This document shows positions 22,074-35,099 of a stretch of DNA of 64,000 bases, one piece after another. The stretch is from Scenedesmus sp. PABB004 (lineage: Eukaryota), in NCBI GenBank assembly GCA_014905635.1, contig JABVCE010000004.1, positions 620,001-684,000 on the forward strand. The letters are read 5' to 3'. The translations under genes were made by a program, and so were the position numbers. Numbering within the stretch: the first letter of the stretch is position 1; each line of letters begins with the position of its first letter. The notes under the pieces are model-generated. The model worked only from the letters and a program-made list of their open reading frames with translations, was not told where the DNA came from and did no database searches.

Positions 22074-25000
22074 CCCGCCCGCCCGCCCGCCCGCCCGCCC
22101 GCCCGCCGCCGCCCGCCCGCCCCCGCCCGCCGCCGCCCGCCCGCCCGCCCGCCCGCCCGCCCGCCTGCCGTGGCAGATGTTTGAGCGGCTCATCGTGTTT
22201 GGCCTCCAGCTCATGCTGCCCATCACTGTCGTCTCATGCGCCGCACGTGCGCGGCGGCCACGCGCCGCCGCGCCGCGCCGCGCAGCGCCGCGCGGGCCTG
22301 CCCAGCCACGCGCGCCCTCTGCCGCCGCCGCCATCACCGGCGCAGTGCTGCCCATCCACGTCCGGGGCGGCTTCCTGGCGGCCACGGGCGGGCGGGTGCA
22401 ACGGAGCGACCTCATGGGCCTGACCATGTCCAATTTGTCGCCCCGCGTGCCGACGATGTGGGTGCACTTCTCTCTGGTCTACCTCTACTGCCTCTACGGC
22501 ATGTGGCTGCTGCACCGCCACCAGAAGGCACGGCCCCGCCGCGCCGCGGCGCGCGCTCGGGCGGGCCGGCGCCGCGCCGCGCCGAGCGCGGGCGCCCGCC
22601 CCCGTGCGCCGGCGCCGCCACGCGCAGTGGTACGTGCTGCTGCGCCAGCACTACATGACGCAGGGCGACTCGCTCGCGCCGCTGCTGGGGCACACCACGC
22701 GGGCGCGCCCCGCGGGCCTGACCGACGGCGCCGCGCTCGGTGCGGGCACGCGCGAGGCGCTGCTGCGCCCCGCCGAGGGCTTTGCGCGCTGCGAGCTGTC
22801 AGAGGCGGCGGGGCAGGCGGCGGCGGAGGGCGCGCGCGCGCCGGCGCGCGGGCACGGCGGCGCCGCGGCCGCCGGCGCCGGGCAGCGCGGTGGCGACGCG
22901 GACGAGGCTCAGGGCGAGGCGTGCGTGATTGAGCTGAGCAGCATCAACGCACAGGGAACGACGGCAGCGGCGGCTGGGGGCAGCAGCCCCTTTGCGGGCG
23001 AGCGAGAGCAGAAGCGGCAGCAGCAGCAGCAGCAGCAGCAGCCGCCCGGAGGGCCCAGCGCCAGCACCAGCCCTGGCGACAGCCGCCTCACCTCGCGGCA
23101 GTCGTCCACCAGGGGCCTGCTGTCGCACGGCGGCGGCGTGCAGCGCTCCAGCAGCCAGCACCTGTCTGGCGGCGGGCAGGGCGGGGCGGCGGTGGCGGAG
23201 GACGCCGCGGAGCGGGGCCTGCCGCCGAGCGGCCGGGCCGACAGCGCGCCCGACCGCGGCGCCGGCGCCCGCGACGGTGCGAGCTGCTGGCGAGGCGCCT
23301 GCTGGTGGCGCAGCTCGCACACGCCCGAGCTGGACGCGGACCCGGCGGCGGCGGAGCACCGCCGCTGGCAGCAGGAGCAGGTGCAGCGCCGGCGCGCGGC
23401 GGCGCGCGAGGCGGACGCCGCAGCGGCGGCGGCCGACGCCCTCGGCGCCGACGCGGAGTGGTATGCGTTCCGCACTGGAGACTTGCTGCTGGACAGGCAC
23501 CTCGTGGAGCTGGACCTCACGAGCGACCTCGCGTGGGACACCGCCAGGGGTGGGGCGCGCGGGGCTGGCTGACGCGCGCGTGCGGCGCGGCGCGCGCGCC
23601 GGCTGCTGCGCGGGCCGCCGACGGCCGGCCGCCGCGTCGTGCGCAGGCGCCAAGCAGGGGCCGGGGCGGCTGCACCGCTGGTGGGAGCTGGCGCCGGACG
23701 GTGGCGCCGGCGGCCTCAACATCGCGCCCGTGGCGGGCACGCGGCTGCTCTTTGACCGGCGCAGCCTGCGTGCGCGCAAGCCCTCGGTCCGCTTCCGCAA
23801 CACCGTACACGTCCTGGACCAGCGCGGCAGCGTGCTGCCCCTGCACTTGAGCGCCTACGCAGTGTTGGTCACCAACGTGCCCGGCGGCGACTCCCCGGGG
23901 GCCGGCAGCGACGACGAGGACGGCGACAGCCAGGACAAGGAGCGCGCGCCGCGCGAGAGGGCGTGGCCCCTGCTCCGGCTGGGCCGCCTGCTGACGGCCT
24001 GCGTGTGAGCCGCGCGGCAGCGGCGGCGGCGGCGCGCGCTCGCGCGCCCTGCCGCGCAGCGCGGCGCGGCGCCCTGGCAGCCTTCCCCCGCCGACCGCCC
24101 TGCCGCGCGCCGCCCGCAGCTTTGGCTGGCCCTGCCTGCTGCGCCAGAGCGACCTGGCGCGCGCGCAGGACGGCTGGGAGGCGCAGGGCTTCCAGGGCGC
24201 CGGCGGCGAGAGCGCAGCCTTCAGCAGCAGCATGCGGGAGCTCATCCGCGAGCACGAGCGGGAGGAGCTCATGGAGCTGGCCGAGCAGGCAGAGCTGGCG
24301 GCCGGCGGCGGCGGCGGCGCCGCCGCCGCCGCGCCGCGGCCCGCGCCGCGCTTTGGCGCCAGCGCGGCGCCGCCGGCGCCGCGGCGCCGCGCGGGCGTGA
24401 GCGCCCGGCACCGCCTGGTGGAGCAGACGTTCCGTGAGCTGTTCAGGGACGACCTGCACGCCGTGGTGCCGGTGCGCAACCACCGGGCGGTGGACGAGCT
24501 GCTGCGCCAGGTGGGCCGGCGGCGTGTCCTGCGGCAGCCGCGCGGGGCGCGAAGGGCGCCCGCGGGCCGGCGCTCCGCGCCCGCACGGCTGGCGGCCACA
24601 CGCCCGCCGCCGCTCGCGCGCCCCGCAGTGGGACGCCGACCTGCAGGCGTACGTCCAGGCGCGCGCGCTGCTGCAGCTGCGTGTCGAGCGCGCGGCACGC
24701 CGCACCGCGGCGGCGCGGCGCGCGCAGGCGGCCGCGCCCGGCGCGGGCGGCGAGCCCGCGGGCGCGCCGCCGGCGCTCGCGCCGGAGCTGGAGCTGGGCG
24801 CCGGCGGCGCGCTGCTGTCGGTGGCGAGCGCCGAAGAGGACACGTGCCTGGACGAGTGCGAGCCCTGCCGGACGGCGCAGCTGGCGCCGCTGCAGCCCCA
24901 CCCCGTGCTGGTGGACGAGGTGCTGGACAAGGTGGCCAGGGAGGAGCGGGCGGACAGCACCGCGCTCGGGCGCTGCTGCGCGGGCCTGGCGGGCGCACTG

Positions 25001-27687
25001 CGCTGCGGCGGGCGCGCCGGCGCCGGCGGCGACGGCCTCGCCGAGCAGCGCCGCGGCGCGCAGCCCGGCGGCGGCGGCGGCGGCGGCGCCCGCCGGCCAA
25101 GCGCCGACGACGGCGCCGACGGCGGCGCGGCCGACTCGCCGGCGAAGCTGGTCAAGGCGGCCGCGGCGGTCGAGGCGCGGCGGCAGGCGCTGGTGGACCT
25201 GGAGGCCTCGATCCTGGAGGCCCAGACGAAGGTCCTCGAGGGGCCCGACTGCGGCGCGTTTGTCATTCTATTCAAAACGCCCGCCGCGGCGGTGCTGGCC
25301 GCAAACAGCAGCATCTTCCCGCAGGGCGGCGGCGGCGGCGGCGCCGGCGAGGAGGCATTCCGCGTCGTGCCCGCGCCGGGGCCCGAGGACGTGCTCTGGC
25401 AGGTGCGGCGCGCCCCGCCCGCGCGCGCCCGCACTGCAATTCACTGCGGGCCGCGCGCGCCGCACGAGCGCCGCGCGCGCCGCGCCTCCGCGGCCGAGGT
25501 CCGACAGGCCCGCTGCCGCGCGCGCGCGCCGGCCGCGCCGCGCAGTCGCTGTGGAAGACGCCGTCGGAGCGGCGCGCCGCGTGGCTGCGCTGCCTGCCCT
25601 GGTACGTGCTGCTGTTCATCGTGCCCACCGGTGCGTGCGCGCCGCCTTCCTGCCGCCGCCGCCGCCGCCGCTGCCGGGCACGCGGGCCGCCGGCCAACCG
25701 CGCGCGGGAGCGCACGCTCGCCTGCCGCCGCGGGGCTGGGACGGGCGGGGCTCAGGCCGCGCCGCGCTCCGCGCGCGCCGCGCAGGCATCTTCACCGCGG
25801 CGCTGAACAGCGTGAGCTACGGCCTCTGCAACACGCCCGGCCTCGCCGGCCGCATGGCCTGGTTCTGCCAGACGCGGCTGCTCCAGTTCCTCTTTACCGT
25901 CGTGCTGCCGATGGTGCTGCTCATGGTCTGGCAGGTGCGGCGGCGCGGCGCGCACCTCGCACCGGCGGCCCCCGCCCGCGCCCCCGCCTAGGCCTGGCCT
26001 GGCGGCGCCGGTGCCGCCGCGGCGCGCACCTCGTGACCCCGCGCACAACCGCCCCGCGCCGCCGCGCTGAGCCCTGCCACACGGGCGCGCGCGCGTGTGC
26101 AGCTGCCCCCCCCCCCCCCCCCACACACACACACATGCACCCACCTGCACCCACCCACCCACATGCACTCACCCACCCACTCACCCACTCACACACACAC
26201 CCACGCGCAGAACGCGGTCATCCCCTCCAACCTCTACAAGCTCGAGCTGCGCCGCGGCGCCGCCACCAGCCTCAGCGGCCTGGAGCGCAACATCCTGGTC
26301 GCCTACTTTGCGTGGGAGCTGGTCAACCTCTTCCTCGGCGGCGTGTTCTCCGCCTCGCTCACCAGGCGCGCGGGAGGGGCGCGGGCGCTGCCGCGCGTCC
26401 GCTGCGGTGCCGCCGCCGCCGCGGTGCCGCCGCCGCCGCGGTGCCGCCATCGAGCCCCGCCGCCCCGCCGCCCCGCCGCGCGCCGGCGCGGCGCGCAGCC
26501 AGGTCAAGATGCTGGCAGACCACCCCGACCAGTGGGCGGCGCTGCTCGGCGCCGCGTTCCCCAACAGCTCCAACTTTTTCATCTCGTACGTCGTCACGCG
26601 CGCAGGCATGATGAACCTGTTTCGCCTCCTCATGCCGCGTGAGCCGCCGGCGCGGCCGCGGCTTGTTGGGGTCTGCTGGGCGCCGCGCACGCCAAGCGCC
26701 GCGCGCGCCGCCGCGACCGACCGCTCCGCCGCCGCCGCCGCCGCCCCGCCGCCGCCGCCGCCGCCGCCACCAGACGGCGGCATGTGGCGCTGGGTGGGGC
26801 AGGCGCTCGGCAGCGCGCTGGGGTCGTTCCGGCACGCCGGCACGGAGCGCTACCGGGCGTTCATCATCTACCCCGCGAGCATCCGCTACGGCCGGGAGCC
26901 GGGGCTCATACTGCTCATCCTGCTGACGGGCATAACCTACGCCGTCGCCGCGCCGCTCATGGCACCCTGCGTGCTCGCGTACCTCTGCACCGCCTACGTG
27001 GTGTGGCGGCACCAGGTCGGTGGCGCGTGCGCGGCGCAGCGCGGTGCGCGCACACGCGGCGCCGCGCGGCGCGGCGTGCGACCCGGACCCGGCCCGGCCG
27101 CGCGCTGCAGATGCTGTACGTGTGCGTGCGCTGCTACGAGAGCGGCGGCGCGATGTGGCCCCTCTACTCCACGCTCGTGCTCTGGTGCTTCGGTGCGCGC
27201 GGCCGGCGCGCGAGGGCACAGCGACCCCTCCGCGTGCCACGACTCCTCCGCGCGCCGGGGCGCCCAGCGCGCCGCCCGCGGCCACCCGCGGCCCGCCTGC
27301 AGGCCTGTTTGTGGTGTTCACCTCGGCCATCCTCATCTTCAAGGACGCCAACGTGCAGGTGCGGGACGCTGGCGCCGGGGCGGCGGGGCGGCCGCCTGCT
27401 CGAGTTAAGGACCCCCGCTCCGCCGCCGCCGCCCGTGCCGCGTCCGGCGCCGCCGCCAGGGCGTGCTGGTGCTGCCGCTCGTGCCGGTGCTGTACCTGTT
27501 TGGGCGGCGCTGCCGGCGCGGCCTCGCGCGCGTCGCGCACCCGCCGCTGTGGCTCGCGCACGCGGCGCCGCGCGTCGCGCTCGACCCCGCGACCTACACG
27601 CCCGCCGCGCTGCGCCCGGGCGCGGCGGGGTGGTTCTTTGAGCTGGGGAAGGCCTGGGTGCGCTGGGGCGCGCCCGCGTACGTGTGA
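21099..27687 (+). CDS. OSCA/CSC1/ERD4 (TMEM63) mechanosensitive Ca-permeable channel, many exons, large cytosolic insertions
   Basis: ELLATAGMDAL|MFER, LTMSNL, YAVLVTNVP, AFVILF, PAPGPEDVLWQ, SLSGLER, SSNFFISYV, ITYAVAAPL, WRHQ|MLYV..RCYESGGAMWP. Confidence 0.93.
22027..22165. repeat. Long poly-C run and (CCCG)n tract in an OSCA intron; similar poly-C at about 20000-20027
   Basis: Directly visible. Confidence 0.9.
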
Positions 27688-28013
27688 GCGCAGCGGCGCG
27701 GCTGCGCGGCGCGGCGCGGCGCGCAGTGAGCCCCAGTGAACCGCCGCGCCGCTCGGATCGCGCGTCCGGGACCCGCCCGGCAACTGCAGCACACACAGCG
27801 CATCTGACATCGCCTCACGCGCACAGCAAGCGCGCCGCCGCCTCCGCCGCCAGCTCAACAGCAGCAGCGCCGCAGCGCGCTCGCCAGCGCCCGCCGCCGC
27901 CGCCGTGTTAGCGCCCACGATGCTCGCATCGCCCCATATCGCGTGCAGCAGCGGCACCGTGGCCAGCCGGCGCGCATTCGCGCGGCTGGGCGTGCCGGAG
28001 TCTCGCGCCCCGC

Positions 28014-29400
28014 ATGGTCTCGCGCGCGCTCTCCCGCGTCCCGCGCCCCGCGTTCCGCGCGCCCTGTGTGCCCTTGCGATCTCCCAGCCGTCCCGGCGCT
28101 GCCGCCGCGTGGTCGCGCGCGCGGAGGGTGAGCCGGCGGGCGCCGCTGCTGCCGCCGACCGCTGCCGCTGACGCTGACGCGCCGCCGCCGCTCGCCGTGC
28201 AGGCGCGGCGCAGGCCACGCAGTCGGAGGTGACGGTGGAGGAGGTGATGAACCCCCACCCCGTGCTGCTGGAGGCGACGGCGCCGATCAAGTGCGGCGGC
28301 GCGGGCAGCGGTCGAGCCCACGCCCGCGCGCGAGCTGCTGCCCGCCGCCCGCGCCCACACGCGCCCCCGCGCGCGGCGCCGCAGGGAGGCGGTGCACAAG
28401 ATGCTCGACGCCAACGTGTCGGGCGCGCCGGTCGTGGACGGCGAGGGCCGGCTCGTCGGCGTGCTGACCGAGGCAGACCTCATCTGGAAGGTGCGCGGCC
28501 GCAGCAGCGCGCAGCAGCGCGAGCAGCACAGCGGCGTGCGGCGCAGCCCGCGCGGCGCAGGCGCCCGCGCAGCGCAGGCGCGGGCGGCAGGCCCCGAGAG
28601 AGGGCTCACGCGCGCCGGCGGCGGCGCGGGGCCCCCTCCCTGCAGGGCGCGGGCAAGCCGGACGACCACTTTATCCTGCCGCCGGTCTACCTCGGCGCGT
28701 TTGGTGCGTGCGTCTGAGCCGCGCGCCGCCGCCGGGCGGTGCCGTCCCGCCCGACCGACGCAGCACCTTCTCACAAGCTCACTCTCCCCCTCACGCTGCC
28801 TGTCTCGCGCTCACCCTCCCTCCTTCTCACACTCACACTCACTCGCTCTGTCTCTCTCCCCGCCATGCCGCCGCCAGACGCGTTCATCTACCTCCGGGAC
28901 AACAAGGCGGTCGACGACGAGGTGCACAAGATCCTCGCACGCACGGTGAGCAGCGCAGCAGCACGCCAGCAGCGCACGCAGCGCGCGCGCGGCGTGCGCC
29001 TCCCCTCCCGGGAGGGCGCAGCGTGCCGAGCGCTGGCGCGGCGCGCGCGCGCGCAGGTGTCGGAGGCGATGGCGACCGAGAAGCTGGTCAAGGTCGCGCC
29101 CTCCACGCCGATGGCCGAGGCGGCCCACCTCATGCTGCACCACGACGTGAGCGCCCTCGTGTTTTCCGCGCTCGGCGGCCGCCTGGCGGCGCGGCGGCGG
29201 CTGGGCGGCGCGCGCCGGCTGCGCCCGCCCGCGCAGCGTGCCGCCGGCTCACACCGCCAACCACCGCTGCGGGCCGCCGCGGGTCGCCGCAGGTCAACCT
29301 GCTGCCCGTGGTCGAGGGGGGCGGCAAGGTCGTGGGCGTCGTGACGCGGCACGACGTGCTGCGCGGCATCTACGCGAGCTCCTCGCCCTTCCTCAGCTAG
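28014..29400 (+). CDS. CBS-domain pair protein (CBSX1/2-like), probably chloroplast-targeted
   Basis: TVEEVMNP...|MLDANVSGAPVVDGEGRLVGVLTEADLIWK...VSEAMAT...VNLLPVVEGGGKVVGVVTRHDVL; Arg/Ser-rich transit-like start. Confidence 0.88.
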
Positions 29401-29912
29401 TCGACGATGCGAGGCGGCGCGGCGGCGGCAGCGGCAGCGGCAGCGGCCCAGCAGGCAGGGCTGCGAGGGAGCGGCAGCGGCGGCGGCGGGGGGCTCGCGA
29501 CGTAACGCCTGCTGTCACAGGACACGCGCGGCCAGCCCCTGCAGCCAGCGGCGCCGCCGCAGCCAGCGCCGCCCAAGCCTAGCAGGCGCGCGGCGGCAGC
29601 CGTCCCTTCGATGTGCGCGTGCGCGCGCGCGCGGAGCTCACGCAAGCTGCCGCCGCTCTCCACGCATGCCCCTACGCGCCACAAGGCGCCAACCACCTAG
29701 CTGCACCGCCACTCTGGGCCCCTGCCGCCCCCTCACAGGAGCGGGCGCGCTCGCCAGGTTTGCCCGCCCCGCCACAGCTCGCACGACACGAACGCGCACA
29801 CGCGTCGCCGCACCGGGCGGTCGCGCAGCGTGCCGCCGAGCCCCTCGCGCCTAGCCGCCCCCAGCGGGCCCTGGGCCGCCGCCGCCGCCGACGGTGCGCG
29901 CGCGGCCGCCCG

Positions 29913-32900
29913 TCACGCCGGCCCGCCGCGCGCGGCGAGGCTCTGCAGCGCGAGCGCGAGCGACACGAGCGTCACCGCCGCGAGCAGCAGCGTGAGCAGC
30001 GCGGGGCCGCGCTGCTCGTCGTAGCGCCGCGTGCTGCGCGCGAGGATGGCCGCGGTGCGCCAGCGGAAGACGTGCAGCGCGTACGCCATGAGCAGCACCG
30101 CGACCGCGGTGATGATCGCGCCCGACGTCTGGCGAGCGGCGGCGAGCGGCGCGGCGCGGCGCGTGAGCGGCGGCGCCGGTGGCGCGGCGGGGAGTGAGCG
30201 GCGGCCTCGATCTGATCGGCGGCCGGCCGGCCGCGCCGCCGCGCACCCGCGCCGCGGAGCACAGCAGGCTGTCGGCGCAGCGCGCCGCGGCCGCGCCGCC
30301 GGCCGCGCCGGCGAGCGCGAGGCTGCTGCCGGAGAGCAGGCCGAGGCCGGTCATCATGACCAGGACGGCGATCTGCAGCCACGCCAGGAAGGTGCGCTCG
30401 TTGGCGAAGAACGTCTTGGGCTCGATGCGCGTGCGCACGAGGCCGCGCGGCCGCGCGGCGCCGCCTGCGCGACGCGCAGCGCACGGCGCGCGGCGGTGGC
30501 AGCGCAAGCTGCGCGCGCCCGCCGCAGCACGCGCGCGGGCGGCAGCAGCCCCGCGCGCGTGCCAGCGCCCACCTGTGACGAAGCCCAGCAGGTGTTCATT
30601 CAGGGGCAGCAGCGGTTCCCCGCCGCGCTCGCGCCAGCGCCGCACTCCGCGGGCGGCCGCCGCCCGCACGCGCTGCAGCAGCAGCCCCGGGCGACGCGGC
30701 GCCGCGCCGGCGGCGGCGGCGGCGTCCGCTGCGCCCGCCTGGGCCTCCGCGCCGGCGGCGGCAAGCTCGGCCGCGTCCGCGTCCTTGGCGCCGCTAGCGC
30801 CCAGCGCCACGAGCGGCAGCAGGCCCTGGAGCTGCAGGCCGAGCTCGGCCGAGGGCGTCGCGCCGAGCGGCGGGCCCGCCTGCCCGTGGTGCACGGAGAT
30901 GGCGGTGTGCGCAGGCGCAAAGGCGGCACCGCCGCTGGCCGCGCCCGCAGCAAGCAGCGCAAACAGCGCAGCAGCACCCTCGTCGCGCACGTGCCCCGCG
31001 TCCTTGGCGGTTGCGGCGGCGCCGGCCGCATCCCCGCGGTGCGGCGCCAGGGCCCGCCATGCCGGCGCGAGCGGCTCGCCTGCAGCTGGGTCCGCCGCGC
31101 CGGCCTGCGCGCCTGCGCTGAGCTGCCAGCTGTGGCTGTCGATGCCCGCAGCGACGCCGGCAGCGCCGTTGGCCGGCGCGCCGAGCGCGGCGGCGCCCGC
31201 GCCGCCGCGCGCGGTGAGGCTGCCGGCGCCGCGCCGCAGCGCGCCGCTGCCGGCGCTGCTGCCGCTGTGGCTGCGCCGGTGGGGCGGCCCGGCGCCCGCG
31301 CTGGCGCCCATGCCGCGCTCGCTGCCAGTCGTGACAGTGTCCTGGGAGCTGAAGCTGCAGCAGTCGAGGCTGGCGGCGCCGCGGCGGCCCCACAGCAGGT
31401 CGAGCGGGTGCGCCTCTGCGGGCGCGGCGTCGCGGGCGCCCCCGTCGGCGGTGGGGCTGCCGCCCAGGGGCTCGCCAGGGCCCGCGCCGCCGCCGAGGCC
31501 GCCCGGCAGCACCAGGCCGACCAGGCGGCGGATGCCGCCCGGGCGCTGGCTGGCGCTGCCCGCGCCCGGGCGCCGCTCGGGCGCGTGCGCGCCGCCGCCG
31601 CCGTCGACGCTGCTGGAGGCGCTCGCGGCGCTGCGCCAGCCGGGCAGGCCGTTGACGCCAGCGTTGAAGGGGCCGCTGCCGCCCCGGCCGGCGCCCCAGC
31701 TCCGCGCATCGCCGCCATCACCTTGGTCTCCAGCCTGCGCTGCCAGCCGCACGCCACGCGGCGGCGTGTGGAGCCCCGCGCCGGCCAGAACGCCGCCGGC
31801 GTCGGCCTGGCGCGCCAGCGCGCGCGCGCTGCTGAGCTGCGCCCAGTCGTCCCTGGCGGCCGGCGGCGCCGCGGCCGCGCAGGGCGGGCCGCGGGCCGCC
31901 CCGCCGGCGAGCGCCGCGCCGTCGCCGCTCAGCCGCAGGCGTGGAACCCTGAGCGGCGCGAGCAGCGGGCCGGCGCTGGCGCTGGCGACCGGCGGCCCCG
32001 GCGGTGCAAGCCCCGGCGGCGCCGGCAGTGCCGCGCCCTGCAGGTCCCTGAGCACCGCGCGCTCCTCCGCGGCCGCACGCATCGCGGCCAGCGTCCCCGG
32101 CGCGGCGCCGCCGGCGCCGTCGTCGGCGACAAACCAGGCCGGCAGCGCGGCGACGCGCTCAGGGAAGAGCAGCGCGGCGCCGTGCAGGAACTTGCTGAAC
32201 CGCGGCACCGGCACCAGCACGCCGCTGTCAAGCAGCTCCGCCACCCAGGGCGGCGCGTCCTCCTGCAGCTTGACCTGCCAGGGGCGGCGCGGCGCGCGGC
32301 GCGCTCGGCGCGCGCGCAGCGCTCCGCGCGCCGCGCAGGCGGCGACGGCGGCGACCGGAGCGCGGGCCGGGCGGGGCGCCTAAACCCCGCGCGCCGCCGC
32401 ACCTCGAGCACGCCGTAGGGGAAGCGCACGGCGTCGCCCGCGGGCAGCTCCGCGGCCGCCTCGAGCGGCGCGCACCAGTCGCCGGGGCGCGCGCCCGCGC
32501 CCGCGGCCGCGGCCGCGCCGCGCTCCCGCAGGAGCAGCATGTGCTCGTCGAGTGAGAGTCGGACCGAGTTGCTGTCGTAGCGCTGCCACGCGGTGCGCAG
32601 GTACTCGGTGCGCAGCGCGGGCGCCTGCCGCCATTCGATCAGGGGCGCGGCGCGCGGGCGGGCAGCGGGCGCGGCGGCGGGGGTGTGGGCCCACGCGCCG
32701 CGGCCGGGCGCGGCGCGGCGCGGCCCCGCGGCGCAGCCTTGCGGCGCGCGCGCCTGGCGCCACTCGACCAGGAACGCCGCGGCCTCGCGCAGCAGCGCCT
32801 CCTTGGCCTTGCTGAGCTCGCCGCCGGGCAGCGCGCCCGACAGGAAGGCCGGCACCTGGCTCGCCGCCAGCGACGCGCGCTCCTGCGGGCGGCGCGCCGA

Positions 32901-35099
32901 GCGTCGTTCGCCGGCGCCGCGCCACAGCGGCGGGCGCGGCGGCCGGGGCACAGGGCGCCGCGCGACGCCGCGCCGCGCCTTGACGCTGCGCTCGCCCGTC
33001 CACGCCTCGCGGTGCGTCTTGCGCTCGACAAACACCGCCTGCTCGCGCGCCGGCGGCGGCGCACTGGCGCCAGTGCCGCCCCCTCCCGGCGGCGCGCGGG
33101 GCCGTAGAAGCGCAGGCGGACCAGCCGCGCGCCGTCGTCGCGCGCGAGGCGCGTGTGGTACACGTCCAGGGCGGGGGAGTCGAAGTAGACTGCGGGGCAC
33201 AGGGTGCGGGACGTGCGGGGCGGGGTGGGGCGGGGCGGCGCGGCGCTTGCAGGACGCGCAGGATCACAGGGCGGCCCCGCGCCCGCGGGCGCGCACCCGA
33301 GCTGACGAGTGAGGTGACGCCGGCGCAGCCGGCGCGCAGCGCGGCGGCGCTGCCCGCGTCGCCGCGCGCGGCGGGGTCTGCCGCGCCGTAGACGAGCAGC
33401 GGCAGGTGGCGCAGCAGCGCGAGCTTGAGCCGCAGCACCTGGCGCGGCGCGACCCAGTACTTGGCCGTGCTGCGCGTGAACTGAGGGGCGTAGAGGGAGG
33501 CGGACGGCGCGGGTCGGCCAGGGCGGATCCGGAGCGGGGCCGCGCGCTGCACTGCGCTGCGCTGCGCGTGCGCGGCGCCGCGGCGGCCGGCCGTGCCTGG
33601 TCGGGCGCGGTCCACTCGGCAGCGCCGCCGCCGGCCGCGCCGCCCGCGGCCTCGGCGGCGGCCTGCGCGGCGCGGCGCAGGCGCGCGTAGACGACAGACA
33701 GCCCCCACAGCGCCGGCTCGGCGCTGTGCCCCGCGGAGAGGAAGGCGTGCGCCGAGGTGTGGTACACGTCCGGCGGCACGCCTGCGTGCGGTGCGGCGGG
33801 CACGCGCGCTCATGCGTGCGCTCCGCAGCTCGACCTGCGGTGAGCGGGCCGGGCGGCTTGGCGCGCGCTGCCCGCCGGCGCCGCACCCGCGGTGTAGCGC
33901 GTCTGGCGGTGCGTGCTGGAGTGGGAGCACACGCCCGGCGTCATCAGCAGCAGCGTCGCCTCGCACGGCCCCGCCGGCAGGTCGCCGCCGGCCTGGCGCG
34001 GCGCGGCCGCCGGCGGGCCGTCCTGGTCGCGCCGCCCGGCGCGCAGGCCGCGCAGGCTCAGGCCGCCGGCGCGCTTCGCGCCCGCCACGCCGCCGGCGTC
34101 GGCCGGCCCAGGGCGCGCGCGGCCGCCGTTGACGCCCGCCGCGCCGGGCGCGTCGCTGTCGGGGACGGCGGCTGCCGCGGCTGCCGCGGCGGCGGTGAGC
34201 GTCGCGTCAAACTGCAGCGCCAGGCGCGCCAGCTGGGCGCCGCTGGAGGCAATGAAGTCGTCCAGCGTCACGAGGTCGTCCGACGCGCCGCCCGCGGCCG
34301 CCTGCAGCGCCGCCAGGTCGAGCGCCGCACCGTACGGCGGCGCCGCCAGCTCGGCGGGCGGCGGCGGCGTGCGCTCAGCGGGCGGACGCTGCTGCCCGGG
34401 CCCGCCGCTTGCGCTCGCGCGCGGCGGCCGCGCGGCCGCGTCCGCGCCGTCGGGCCCGCCGGCGGGCGGCAGCGCGGCCCCGAGCGCGGCGACGCGCTCC
34501 TCCAGGTCAGCGTACGCCGCGCCCACCACGCCCCGCAGGCGGTGCAGCTCGGCCGCCAGCGCCGCCAGGAAGGGCCCCGGCGGCGCGCCGCCCAGGCCGG
34601 CCGCGAGCAGGCAGGCGCCGCGGCATGCGCCGCCCGGGCGGTGCGGGCCCCCACCGCCCGCGCCGCCCGCGCAGCAGGTGCCCGGCCCGCCGACGCCCTC
34701 AACACCGCCGCCATTGCCGGGCGGGGCGTGTCGCAGCAGCCCGCCTGCCAGCCGCGACAGGCCGAGCCCGGCCACCGGCAGCACGCGCACGGCCCGCTCG
34801 GCCGTGCTGCTGCCGTCGCGCGCGGTGCCGTCCGCGTGCGCCGCCGCCAGCTTGCGCACCGCCGCCAGCGCCGCGCCGTCCGCGGCGAGCGCGGCGAGCT
34901 CGCTCTGCAGCGCCGCCTGCAGCGGCCCCAGCCGCGGCGCCGCGCGGCGCAGCGCCGCCGCCAGGCCGCCCCCCGGCGCCGCCGCGTCTTCTGCCTCCGC
35001 CGCCTCCGCCGCCTCCGCCGCCGCGCCGCTCACGGCGGCGAGCTCCACCAGCGCGACCGCCGCGCGCGCGGCGGGCGGCTCGCGCGCCGCCGGGGCCAT
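29913..35099 (-). CDS. Vtc4-like vacuolar polyphosphate polymerase (degenerate SPX, VTC/TTM and DUF202 TM domains)
   Basis: FTRSTAKYWV, SS|VYFDS, RLRFYG, VFVERKTH, VRLSLD, FPYGVLE|VKLQ, PRFSKFLHG, IEPKTFFANERTFLAWL. Confidence 0.9.
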
